NCBI GenBank assembly: GCA_965372215.1
Contig: CBDVBK010000006.1
Coordinates: 1,647 to 65,646 of the forward strand
Reading direction: 5' to 3'
Length of the DNA: 64,000 nucleotides
From: an uncultured bacterium
GTDB taxonomy: Bacteria > Fermentibacterota > Fermentibacteria > Fermentibacterales > JCC-6
The translations under genes and the position numbers were made by a program. Positions 24,890 through 34,531 of this stretch are shown here, one piece after another (within the stretch, counting starts at the first letter, position 1; each line of letters opens with the position of its first letter). The notes below the pieces were generated by a model, which had not been told where the DNA came from, did not search any database, and saw only the letters and a list, made by a program, of their open reading frames with translations.

Positions 24890-27253
24890 ATGTACGGTTC
24901 AGCTAAACGGTTGAGTCTCGCGATAGTCGGAATGGGTTTCAGCGGAATTGTCGCTCAAATCCTGATTCTCAGAGAGTTGTTCATAACCTTTCTTGGAAAC
25001 GAGTTATCAATCGGGATCGTTCTTGCCAACTGGCTTGTACTCGAAGCAATCGGTTGTTTCATCGCAGGAAAGATAGCGGATCGAATAAGAAACAGGATCG
25101 AAACTTTCATAGGCATCACTTTACTGTTCTCTCTTTCCTTTCCGGTGATGATCTATTTAACACGGATACTCAAAGAGATAATCGGAGTTGGTCCAGGTGA
25201 AGGACTGGGACTGCTTCATATACTGTTTTCATCCTTTCTGATCCTCCTACCTGTCAGTATACCTCACGGTGCTCAGTTCTCTCTGGGTTGCAAAGCATAT
25301 TCGGATCTTCTATCAGGAAATTTCAATACATCCGGAATAAGACGGGAAAAAAAGTCAGCTTCACACGGAGCCGGTCCGATAGGCAGAATTTACGTTATAG
25401 AAACAGTTGGAACCATCTTTGGAGGGATCGCTCTTACATACCTGCTTATTCCGCACTTTCATTCATTTGAGATAGCCATCGGGACTGCTTTGCTAAACTC
25501 GTTAATGTGCCTGATACTGCTTGGGTCATTCCGGTGGAGGGGAACTCCTCAAAAGCTGGCTGGTTATATAGCGTTGACGATCATGTTTCTATCTTCCTGG
25601 ATGATTATCGGAGAGCAGGCGGACAGTCTTCAGAATATGTCAATAGAACATCAGTGGAGCGGTCAGAATGTAATCCATTACCAGAATTCTATTTACGGCA
25701 ATATTGCGGTTGTTCGGAGCGGGGAACAGTATACATTCTTCTACGATGGTGTTCCTTCCGTTACTATTCCGAATCCGGATATAACCTTTGTGGAAGAACT
25801 CGTTCATTTCCCAATGCTTTGTCATCCTGATCCGAGAGAAGTGCTTGTTATAGGAAATGGAGCCGGAGGTATTATCAGCGAACTGCTGAAATATCCGGTT
25901 GATCGAGTTGAATATGCCGAACTCGATCCGCATTATCTTCAGGTAATCGGTCTTTTTCCAACAGAACTCACGCGGAGGGAGCTTGGAGATGAAAGAGTAA
26001 CTGTCAGTTACATAGACGGCAGACTTCTCATGCGGGAAACATCAAGCACATATGATGTGGTTCTGATCGGGTTTTCCGATCCACAGACATTGCAGCCAAA
26101 CAGGTTGTTCACCGAGGAATTCTTCACTCTTGTCAGGAACAGACTGAATAATGATGGGATTCTGGTCGTAAGTTCATCGGGGTCTCTGAGCTATATGGGA
26201 GATGAACTGAGGGATCTCAACAACTGTATCCTGAATACTCTCAAGGCTGTTTATACCCATGTCCTCATAATACCGGGGGACGGCAAAAATCTGTTCCTTG
26301 CTTCTTCATCTGAGGCAATAACAACGATAGATCATAATCTGCTCAGCGATCGACTTTCACAGCGAAATATCAGTACAGATCTCGTTACGCCGGGATATAT
26401 AGCGTACAAGCTTGAATCCCGGTGGCTGGATTTTTTTATGACATCCATCGAAGGCGCCACGGAAGAGATAAACCGGGATTTCCGACCCATAGGAGTATAT
26501 TACGGTTACTCTTACTGGAATGCGCTATTCTCGCCATCACTGAGAAAAATCTGCGGATGGTTCGAAAAAGTAAACACAAGCATGATTCTCATTACTACCG
26601 CTGCTTTTGTATTGCTGTTCCTGCTTCTCAGTCATGTATTTCCGGGAATTACCCGCGCCTGTGTGCCTTTTACCGTCGCTTCCACAGGTTTTGCGGGAAT
26701 GGTTTTCAATCTGGCTTTGATCTTCACGTTTCAAACGCTCTTTGGTTACGTCTACTACCAGATAGGGATTATGGTAACAACCTTCATGGTCGGAGCCGCT
26801 GCAGGAAGTGCATTCATGACTTCCCGGCTGGAGAGGATCAGGAAGGACTTCGCCGTACTGCTTGGAACGGAAATAGCCATTATTACCCTTTCCGGACTGC
26901 TCACTCTGACATTTCTTCTCTTCAATTCACACATCGATTTTCCGGACAGGTCTTTTCTACTCCACGCAGTTTTTCTTTTTCTGTTTTTCCTAATAGGCGC
27001 TCTAATTGGCTTGCAGTTTCCACTGGCAAGCAAAATTCATCTGAAATCCTGTTGCAGCATTAGCAGAACAGCAGGATTAATCTACAGCTCTGATCTGCTT
27101 GGAGGCTGGACAGGCGGAATAATTGGTGGAGTTATTCTTCTGCCTGTGCTGGGACTTGTAGAAACCGGCATTCTGATCGTTTCTGTAAAGATAGGCAGTT
27201 TAGTTATTCTGTATTCGTCAGTAAAAAGAATGTCATTCAGAAGCGGGATCTGA
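24890..27253 (+). CDS. Fused polytopic membrane domain / spermidine-synthase-like protein
   Basis: ORF from 24791; the ATG at 24890 lies just before the first TM helix. The N- and C-terminal parts are multi-TM. The central soluble domain has aminopropyltransferase-like motifs (VLVIGNGAGG, YDVVLIGFSDP). Confidence 0.7.
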   Translation: MYGSAKRLSLAIVGMGFSGIVAQILILRELFITFLGNELSIGIVLANWLVLEAIGCFIAGKIADRIRNRIETFIGITLLFSLSFPVMIYLTRILKEIIGVGPGEGLGLLHILFSSFLILLPVSIPHGAQFSLGCKAYSDLLSGNFNTSGIRREKKSASHGAGPIGRIYVIETVGTIFGGIALTYLLIPHFHSFEIAIGTALLNSLMCLILLGSFRWRGTPQKLAGYIALTIMFLSSWMIIGEQADSLQNMSIEHQWSGQNVIHYQNSIYGNIAVVRSGEQYTFFYDGVPSVTIPNPDITFVEELVHFPMLCHPDPREVLVIGNGAGGIISELLKYPVDRVEYAELDPHYLQVIGLFPTELTRRELGDERVTVSYIDGRLLMRETSSTYDVVLIGFSDPQTLQPNRLFTEEFFTLVRNRLNNDGILVVSSSGSLSYMGDELRDLNNCILNTLKAVYTHVLIIPGDGKNLFLASSSEAITTIDHNLLSDRLSQRNISTDLVTPGYIAYKLESRWLDFFMTSIEGATEEINRDFRPIGVYYGYSYWNALFSPSLRKICGWFEKVNTSMILITTAAFVLLFLLLSHVFPGITRACVPFTVASTGFAGMVFNLALIFTFQTLFGYVYYQIGIMVTTFMVGAAAGSAFMTSRLERIRKDFAVLLGTEIAIITLSGLLTLTFLLFNSHIDFPDRSFLLHAVFLFLFFLIGALIGLQFPLASKIHLKSCCSISRTAGLIYSSDLLGGWTGGIIGGVILLPVLGLVETGILIVSVKIGSLVILYSSVKRMSFRSGI

Positions 27254-27396
27254 ATGTGATATCCTCAGACTGGTCCAGGTCACTCACAGAATTCGCGAAC
27301 GCCCGGTGACCTTACCACAGGCAGGAGTGGACTCATGAGCGTTATTCTCCCTGCGGATCTTATCAGTTGCGTCTTACCTGCATATCTCACCAGCAC

Positions 27397-30300
27397 TTAC
27401 TGCGGTGCGCTCTCCAGCGCGTTTTGAATAATCTTTTGAAGTTCTTTCATAACGTATGGTTTATGGATAAATCCGGTCATCCCTTTACCGGCGAAGCGCC
27501 GAAATATCTCCTGTTTACTATAGCCGCTGGACATAATGATCCGGATATCACTCTTGATTCTACGCATCTCACGAAAGGCCTCTTCACCGTCCATATGCGG
27601 CATAGTAAGATCCAGCAGTACACAGTCAATCTCGTTGTATCTTGCACGGAAAATCTCGACAGCCTTCAGACCGTCTTCAGTCGTTATTACTGTGAAACCC
27701 AACCGTTCGAGCATATGTCTTCCGACCGCACGGACAGTTTCCTCATCGTCAACAATAAGAATCGTACCGTGTCCATGCCAATCAGGTTCCTTATCCGTTT
27801 CTTCCGCTTCAAGTTCAGGGAGTTCTACGTTAGCTGGAAAAAGAATCCTGAATGTCGTTCCTTCCCCGGGTTTACTACAGACTCTGAGAACTCCATTGTG
27901 TCCGCGAACAATACCCAGAACTGCTGACAGTCCCAGCCCACGCCCGGTAATTTTCGTCGAGAAGAAGGGGTCGAACAGCTTTTCTTTTGTTTCGCTATCC
28001 ATGCCGCATCCAGTATCGGTCACCTCGAGACAGGCATACATCCCTTCCTGCAGGTTCTCGTCCATATACATTTCGAAAAGATAGGAACGGTCGTATTGAG
28101 CAAGTCCTGTATAAATCGAGATAATGCCGCTATTATCACTTAATGCTTCCGATGCGTTCATGATGAGATTCATGATCACCTGCCGGATTTGCGTAGCGTC
28201 AGCCATGATGATGACAGGAACATCAGAGAGGTTGTACTTCAGAATAGATTTCTTGCTGATCGAAACATCCAGGATGTGGGACATCTCACGAACGATTTCC
28301 GAAATATCCACCGGTTCAATGACAAAATGTCCTTTTCCGGAATATGCCAGCATCTGCCGACAGAGTTCTGCAGCTCGATGAGCCGCCATTTCAATGTCCT
28401 GGATGTTCTGACGTGCCGGAGATACAGGGGAAAGATCGAGCAGCGCAAGGTCAGCGTTGCCCAGGATACCCGTGAGCAGATTGTTGAAGTCATGGGCGAT
28501 ACCGCCTGCAAGCACTCCCAGACTCTCTAGTTTCTGTGTCTGTAAAACCTGTCGCTCGAGACTCAGATGTTCCTGTTCGGCACGTTTTCGTTCGGTGATG
28601 TTCATTATGACGCCCTGGAGAAACAGAGGGGTCCCATCATCGTTATTAATAATAATGGCTTCGTCCCTGAACCAGACAGCTTCACCCGTTTTCGAGATCA
28701 TGCGATACTCGGATACAAACGGTTCACCGGTCTCATGGCAGTGTTTAATCTCCTTCATCACTCGGTCATGATCATCTGGATAAAGATGCTGATTCCAGAA
28801 GTTTGGATTGTCCGAATAGACATGCGGCGAAAAACCAAGGAATAATTCAATCTGGGGGCTGATAAAAGTTATTGTGCTGATCTCGTCAAGTGCAGCGGTA
28901 TATGTGACTGCGGGCATTTGCTCGACAAGAGACCGGTAGCGTGTCTCTGCTTTCCGCAATGCCTCTTCCGCCATCTTGCGCTCTGTTATATCGCGTCCGG
29001 CGCCCTGGAATTCGACTACTTGTTCATCGTCATCAAGGATGGCTCGATTGGTCCACTGGTTCCATCGCATTTCGCCGTCGGGCATGATGATGCTGTATTC
29101 ATGGGTAGCAACCGGGTTCTCGCTTCCCAGAGATGCGAAGTAATCCTTCAAAGCCTGTTGGTTTTCATCGGGGATTAAAGTCAGAAAACTGTGCCCTATC
29201 AGTTCATCGCGCTTCTTGTTGAAATAGCGGCAGTACGCATCGTTAACGAATGTTAGTGTACCATCCGGCAAATTACGGCATATGAGCTCGGTCTGGTCCT
29301 CGACGATACCACGATAGCGTTCCTCACTCTGTCGCAGGCGACCTTCCGCTCGTTTGCGTTTGAAGACATTTGCCGTCAGAGCAAGAATCATGAGGGATTG
29401 CAGCACAACGAAGGCAATCACCGTCCAGATATATGCTTTGTATCTATAGTATAGTGACACGGGTTCGTTGATTACGATACTCTCGGGCGGTAGATCAGAT
29501 ACTGAAATCCCGAAACTGTGCATAACACCATAATCGAACATCGGTACATTCGGGCTTTCAGTCAGTACAGGTATCTCATCCGCCGATTCACCTTTCAGTA
29601 TTCTAAGGGCCAATCGCGCAGCGTGTTCACCCTGGGCTTCGCCACTGATCACAATCCCTCCCATAACACCGTGTCCTACAAACATGTCCCAGGCTGTGTA
29701 TACAGGAGCATCACTGTTCTCCGTCACAAGCATCGTGTATTCTTGATAACTGAAAGTTCTTCCGACTTTATCTCGATAGAAAGACATGAGAAGAACAATT
29801 GCTTCATCGGGCAGAGTGTGAAGAGCTTCTATCAACTCTTCAGTGGTCAGATTGAACAGTTCAATGAATTCAATTCTATTGGTGAATTCCGGTGCAATTT
29901 CTCGGAAGCGTTCCAGGTTCCAGACACCTGTAGGCGTGCTGTCATTTACCACCACAACGTTTCGCGTACCCGGGTGCAGATCAAGTGCCAGTTCGATAGT
30001 GCCGCCCAGATCCAATGCCTCTGCCACACCTGTGATTCCGTGTATACCCTTAATCCGGGATTCCGAAAAATTATTCAGTCCGCAGAAAACGATGGGAACA
30101 CCCGGAAAGAGCTGATCACGTTGAGTCAACATAAAATTCAGTGCATTATCATCGGTGGTAATTATGAGATCGAAGTGATCAGCTTCATACTTTGTCCTGT
30201 ACAACTGTTCCAATAGAGGAAACATAGCCTCTGTTATATGAACCTTCGTGTCCATATACTCGATATGAATATTGATCTCAAAATCAGCTTCCTCGAGGAT

Positions 30301-30516
30301 AGAACGAAGTCCCGCACTGATACTTTCAGTCCAGGTGAACCCCGGATGATAGGAATGAAGAATCAGGATGCTCGGAACATCATGTGTGGATCTGTATGGT
30401 GAAGTTAACGCTGTGCTGCTGATAGATACAACAGCCAACACGCAGAACAGTGCGGTAATTGATCTACTTCCCGAAGTATGCATAGACCATCGCAACATTC
30501 TTGAGCCTCCATACAT
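27397..30516 (-). CDS. Hybrid sensor histidine kinase / response regulator with periplasmic substrate-binding-protein-like sensor domain and PAS domains
   Basis: Signal/TM segment, ILILHSYHPGFTW sensor domain, second TM, two PAS-like blocks, HisKA (GGIAHDFNNLL), HATPase (DTGCGM...GRGLGL), and C-terminal REC (ILIVDDE...D...K). Confidence 0.85.
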   Translation of the reverse strand: MYGGSRMLRWSMHTSGSRSITALFCVLAVVSISSTALTSPYRSTHDVPSILILHSYHPGFTWTESISAGLRSILEEADFEINIHIEYMDTKVHITEAMFPLLEQLYRTKYEADHFDLIITTDDNALNFMLTQRDQLFPGVPIVFCGLNNFSESRIKGIHGITGVAEALDLGGTIELALDLHPGTRNVVVVNDSTPTGVWNLERFREIAPEFTNRIEFIELFNLTTEELIEALHTLPDEAIVLLMSFYRDKVGRTFSYQEYTMLVTENSDAPVYTAWDMFVGHGVMGGIVISGEAQGEHAARLALRILKGESADEIPVLTESPNVPMFDYGVMHSFGISVSDLPPESIVINEPVSLYYRYKAYIWTVIAFVVLQSLMILALTANVFKRKRAEGRLRQSEERYRGIVEDQTELICRNLPDGTLTFVNDAYCRYFNKKRDELIGHSFLTLIPDENQQALKDYFASLGSENPVATHEYSIIMPDGEMRWNQWTNRAILDDDEQVVEFQGAGRDITERKMAEEALRKAETRYRSLVEQMPAVTYTAALDEISTITFISPQIELFLGFSPHVYSDNPNFWNQHLYPDDHDRVMKEIKHCHETGEPFVSEYRMISKTGEAVWFRDEAIIINNDDGTPLFLQGVIMNITERKRAEQEHLSLERQVLQTQKLESLGVLAGGIAHDFNNLLTGILGNADLALLDLSPVSPARQNIQDIEMAAHRAAELCRQMLAYSGKGHFVIEPVDISEIVREMSHILDVSISKKSILKYNLSDVPVIIMADATQIRQVIMNLIMNASEALSDNSGIISIYTGLAQYDRSYLFEMYMDENLQEGMYACLEVTDTGCGMDSETKEKLFDPFFSTKITGRGLGLSAVLGIVRGHNGVLRVCSKPGEGTTFRILFPANVELPELEAEETDKEPDWHGHGTILIVDDEETVRAVGRHMLERLGFTVITTEDGLKAVEIFRARYNEIDCVLLDLTMPHMDGEEAFREMRRIKSDIRIIMSSGYSKQEIFRRFAGKGMTGFIHKPYVMKELQKIIQNALESAPQ

Positions 30517-30636
30517 AACAGCAAACAGGTTTTTCTCTGGTTAAAACCCTTTCTGTATGAACCCCTGATAGGCAAGCTTTACTTCCTAAGCAAGATATCC
30601 AGAAAAGGGAAGGGATGTCAAGACCAATAAAAAGAT

Positions 30637-31173
30637 CTACCTGAGCATTTTCCTGTAGAGTCTTCTGGCTTCAAGCATGAAGTCGTTAAATCTCCCATCC
30701 TTGAAATCCGGAAAGCTGTGGTCAGGAGCAATGAATGAACCGTGACCGTACCTTAGACAGGTGTGAGCCCAGACGCCTCTGCCCATGTAGATCTTATCCG
30801 GAGCGCTTTTAAATGAAGCAAGAACAAGTTTGCCGAAATCAAGATAACCGGGGTCGATGTTCACGGTGCGATTACCTTTCCTGTCCAGACAGCAATTTTC
30901 AATACTTTCGCAGAAACATTTCCATTCAGCAAGCTCAGAAGCATCCAATAATTTACTGAAGCAGTACCAGCGCCTTGAGAGAGAAGACCCCATCTCTTTT
31001 TCGTAGTAATCCGAAAGATCAAACGGGTAAAGGGGACTTACCAGTTCTGCCTTTCCGAATCTGGATTCAAGCGGTATACATGTACTTTCCTTCAGTTGAT
31101 CCTCAATAGAGATGATGCTGACAATAACTATTACCGGAAGAACTTCTACCTGTCCCGGCATAGCTTTCTCCAT
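30637..31173 (-). CDS. DUF4416-like protein
   Basis: ~175 aa with NIDPGYLDFGKLVLAS...K and W.HTCLRY patterns recalled for DUF4416. The start is uncertain (ATG at 31173 or 31161); either one overlaps the upstream gene end (31146). Confidence 0.45.
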   Translation of the reverse strand: MEKAMPGQVEVLPVIVIVSIISIEDQLKESTCIPLESRFGKAELVSPLYPFDLSDYYEKEMGSSLSRRWYCFSKLLDASELAEWKCFCESIENCCLDRKGNRTVNIDPGYLDFGKLVLASFKSAPDKIYMGRGVWAHTCLRYGHGSFIAPDHSFPDFKDGRFNDFMLEARRLYRKMLR

Positions 31174-31961
31174 TCTTTTAGCGCAGCATCAGCAACAGTC
31201 CGGTTCAATCCGAAGTATTTCTCAATCTGTCCGGAGTAATTGTCCCGGAGTTTCTCGTTCTGTTTCCCCTCTTCGGCAACTATGCGGAGGTTCATATTGT
31301 GAGCTGATAACCGTCGATCTTCACTTCGACAGTTCAGATGAAGGCTGTTCATACCCGTAGCGTCGAAAGACATCTGCCAGTACCTTCTAAATTCCGCAAG
31401 GGTTACCGGTTTCAGCCAAACTTTATATCTCCACTGTTTATTATCACCCTCTATCGTATACATATCATATGACTTACCGTCAGATTCCGCTTCCCATACC
31501 AGCTTCTTATCGTATACATCAAGCCTTGTATCCTTTCCGGACTCCAGAGGTATCGGAACGGGAACAAGGTATCCGGGGTCTGCCAGAAATCGAATTCCAT
31601 CGGGAGTAATAATGGATAGAGCACAATGGATATTCTTGCCATGCTGCATTTCAGCCATAACAGGATTGCAGGTATAACCTGCTGATTCAAGGATATAGCC
31701 AAGAGCAGCAGTAAGAGAGAAACATGTTCCTCCCGCTCCATTCTGAATGTGTTCACTGATAACGGTTCCAGGCTGTCTCAGTCTGCTTTCTTTCTCTGTG
31801 AGCTGTGCTTTGGCTAAAAACTTGGTTAGGTTTTCCCATGGTATATACGAAAAGCTCTGAACAATTTCCCGAAGGGAATCCTTTTTACCGTCGTCAGGAA
31901 CCAGACCGAAGTAATCGAAGAACATGGCAGCTTCTCTGGCAATGATCTGATGGTCAGACAT
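31146..31961 (-). CDS. Arylamine N-acetyltransferase (NAT) family-like protein
   Basis: FSYIPWENL and GGTCFSL (NAT catalytic-Cys region; consensus is GGYCFE), followed by candidate His/Asp positions (NIHCAL, LADPGY). Confidence 0.55.
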   Translation of the reverse strand: MSDHQIIAREAAMFFDYFGLVPDDGKKDSLREIVQSFSYIPWENLTKFLAKAQLTEKESRLRQPGTVISEHIQNGAGGTCFSLTAALGYILESAGYTCNPVMAEMQHGKNIHCALSIITPDGIRFLADPGYLVPVPIPLESGKDTRLDVYDKKLVWEAESDGKSYDMYTIEGDNKQWRYKVWLKPVTLAEFRRYWQMSFDATGMNSLHLNCRSEDRRLSAHNMNLRIVAEEGKQNEKLRDNYSGQIEKYFGLNRTVADAALKEWRKLCRDR

Positions 31962-32006
31962 GTTGGATTCCTTTCATTTTGCGATAAAGCGGAGTGTGAA
32001 AGTTTA

Positions 32007-32981
32007 ATGGACCGGAGACGTATTCGCAACCTCAACGGTTTCCTCAGGCAGATTTTCAAAACCAGAGTCTATAAAATCGGTCTCTGGGGTGGATTCACAT
32101 GCCCCAATCGGGATGGCACTGTCGGGAGCGGAGGATGTTCGTTCTGCAATCCGGCAGGCAGTCGCCCGATGACCTTTAAAGACGGCATGTCAATCAATGA
32201 ACAGCTGAAAGCCGGCTGCCGCTACGTTGCATCCAGGTACAGAGTAGACAGTTTCCTGGCATATTTTCAGGACTATTCCACAACTTACGCGGATACAGAA
32301 AAACTGCGTGAACTTTATTCAACAACGCTTGATTTCCCTGGAGTTATCGGCCTGACTCTCTGTACACGGCCTGACTGTCTGAATGCACAGATTCTTGATC
32401 TACTGGAAGAATTTTCGGAAAGGACATTTCTCTGGGTTGAACTGGGTGTTCAAACTTCGAATGACAGAATTCTTGAGGATATGAACAGGTGTCATACATC
32501 GAAAGACACTCTGACTGCAATGGAGAAGCTCCATTCAAGGAATATCCTTACTACAGCTCAGATGATAATCGGTTATCCTGGTTCCAGCGATGAGGATATC
32601 ATCACTGATGCGGAATTTATTCGATCGACAGAAACCTCAGGTCTGAAACTCCAGAACCTTCATGTGGTAAAAGACACCGAGCTTGAAAGAATGTACCTTA
32701 ACAATGAATTCAGCTTAATAACAATCGATAAATACATTGATAGAGTCGTTACTTTCCTTGAGTATACGGAACCGCGGGTCGTAATACAGAGACTGACCGG
32801 AGAGGCTCATCATGATCTGACAGTGGCTCCGAAATGGTCTCGGAACAAACAATCGATAGTAAACGGGATACATGAAGCACTCGAAGACAGGAACAGCTGG
32901 CAGGGCAAAAAACTCGGACATCCCAGAACTGCGCTGGAAGCTCCTTTCCCTAACATAAGGACACACTGGAATCTCAATTGA
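32007..32981 (+). CDS. TIGR01212-family radical SAM protein
   Basis: Signature CPNRDGTVGSGGCSFCN. ORF from 31950; the ATG at 32007 avoids overlap with the divergent gene. Confidence 0.8.
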   Translation: MDRRRIRNLNGFLRQIFKTRVYKIGLWGGFTCPNRDGTVGSGGCSFCNPAGSRPMTFKDGMSINEQLKAGCRYVASRYRVDSFLAYFQDYSTTYADTEKLRELYSTTLDFPGVIGLTLCTRPDCLNAQILDLLEEFSERTFLWVELGVQTSNDRILEDMNRCHTSKDTLTAMEKLHSRNILTTAQMIIGYPGSSDEDIITDAEFIRSTETSGLKLQNLHVVKDTELERMYLNNEFSLITIDKYIDRVVTFLEYTEPRVVIQRLTGEAHHDLTVAPKWSRNKQSIVNGIHEALEDRNSWQGKKLGHPRTALEAPFPNIRTHWNLN

Positions 32982-33088
32982 CGAGTTGCCGGAAATCTCT
33001 GCTGTACTTAGATTATTCCTTCCGAATTCAATTGATTACTGTTATTCTGGATTCAGCATTAATCATTAAGCTGAACCTGGAGGTACCG

Positions 33089-34471
33089 ATGATACAACGC
33101 TCAACAATCCAGTCGATTCTTGCAGGAGAATGTAAGGATAAGATTGTTACGGTCTACGGCTGGATCAGAACAGCAAGGATGGGTAAAAATGTAGCTTTTG
33201 CCTCTATTAATGATGGCTCATCTTCTTCTGTTCTTCAGGTTGTTTTTGACAGAGACAGGTTCACAGATGATGAACTCTCAGGACTTTCCACCGGTGCATG
33301 CATCAGGATCATAGGTAAACTGATTGATTCACCAGGTGCTGAGCAGTCACAAGAGATCAATGCTGAACAATTGGAGATTATCGGTCCTGCTGGAGATGAT
33401 TATCCTCTTCAGAAAAAAAGACATTCCATCGAGTTTCTAAGAACAATTCCTCACCTCAGACCCAGGACGAATACATTCGGGGCTGTCTTCAGGATGAGTC
33501 ACCATCTCAGTCTGGCGATCCACAAATTCTTCGATGAGAACGGGTTCTTTTACATCCACGCTCCGTTCATCACGACCAGCGATGCTGAGGGAGCCGGAGA
33601 AGCCTTTCAGGTAACCTCTATGCCCCTTGACAGCATTACACTGAAGAACGGTGATGTCGATTATTCGACGGATTATTTCAAGAGACAGGCTTTCCTTACG
33701 GTAAGCGCTCAACTTGAGGCTGAACCCCTTGCCCTGGCCATGGGAAAAGTATACACCTTCGGTCCTACTTTCAGGGCTGATCCATCTGATACACGTTTTC
33801 ATACGGCGGAATTCTGGATGATCGAACCCGAGATGGCGTTTTTTGACCTGGACGATGATATCTCACTGATAGAAGATTTTATTAAATTTTCAGCCCGCTA
33901 TCTTCACGAAAAATGTCCCGAAGATATTTCCTTTTTCAGTAAATTCTACGAAAAAGGACTCAAAGAACGATACAGAATGCTCATAGAAAGCGATTTCGCA
34001 CGAATCACATATACTGATGCATTCAAACTCCTGAAAAAGAACAGCGACAGATTCAAAGATGTACCTGAGTGGGGAAACGATATTTCCACTGAATACGAGA
34101 GATTCCTTGCGGATTATCACTATGGATGCCCCGTTTTCGTAACCGATTATCCAGCAGCTATAAAACCTTTCTATATGCGGCTGAACGATGATGGGAGAAC
34201 TGTAGCCTGTACTGACCTTATTATCCCCGATGTAGGTGAAATTGTCGGCGGCAGCCAGAGGGAAGAAAGGTTGGATGTTCTGAGCACACGCGCCAGAGAG
34301 TGTGGTATTAACTTAGATGATTACTCATGGTACTTCGATTTGAGGAAATGGGGATCTGCTCCCCATTCAGGATTCGGACTGGGGTTTGAAAGGCTGCTGA
34401 TGTATCTCACCGGGATAGAGAACATACGTGACGTGATTCCATTCCCGAGATCAAAGGGGAAAATGACCTGA
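33089..34471 (+). CDS. asnS: Asparagine--tRNA ligase
   Basis: Class IIb motifs FRADPSDTRFHTAEFWMIEPEMAF, GGSQRE and GFGLGFERL. GGAGG RBS before the ATG at 33089 (ORF from 32978). Confidence 0.9.
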   Translation: MIQRSTIQSILAGECKDKIVTVYGWIRTARMGKNVAFASINDGSSSSVLQVVFDRDRFTDDELSGLSTGACIRIIGKLIDSPGAEQSQEINAEQLEIIGPAGDDYPLQKKRHSIEFLRTIPHLRPRTNTFGAVFRMSHHLSLAIHKFFDENGFFYIHAPFITTSDAEGAGEAFQVTSMPLDSITLKNGDVDYSTDYFKRQAFLTVSAQLEAEPLALAMGKVYTFGPTFRADPSDTRFHTAEFWMIEPEMAFFDLDDDISLIEDFIKFSARYLHEKCPEDISFFSKFYEKGLKERYRMLIESDFARITYTDAFKLLKKNSDRFKDVPEWGNDISTEYERFLADYHYGCPVFVTDYPAAIKPFYMRLNDDGRTVACTDLIIPDVGEIVGGSQREERLDVLSTRARECGINLDDYSWYFDLRKWGSAPHSGFGLGFERLLMYLTGIENIRDVIPFPRSKGKMT

Positions 34472-34531
34472 TATTTGTTATTGCAGAAGAAATTGTATTT
34501 GAATAATTAGCGTATTGAAAGGGATGAAAAA

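Noticed and set aside
29518-30216. 232-aa plus-strand ORF within the histidine kinase gene, and similar antisense ORFs in PFOR (36110-36787, 36974-37549) and selB (63052-63729)
   Set aside because: They are antisense to long, motif-rich genes, carry no recognisable domains, and have composition typical of shadow frames.
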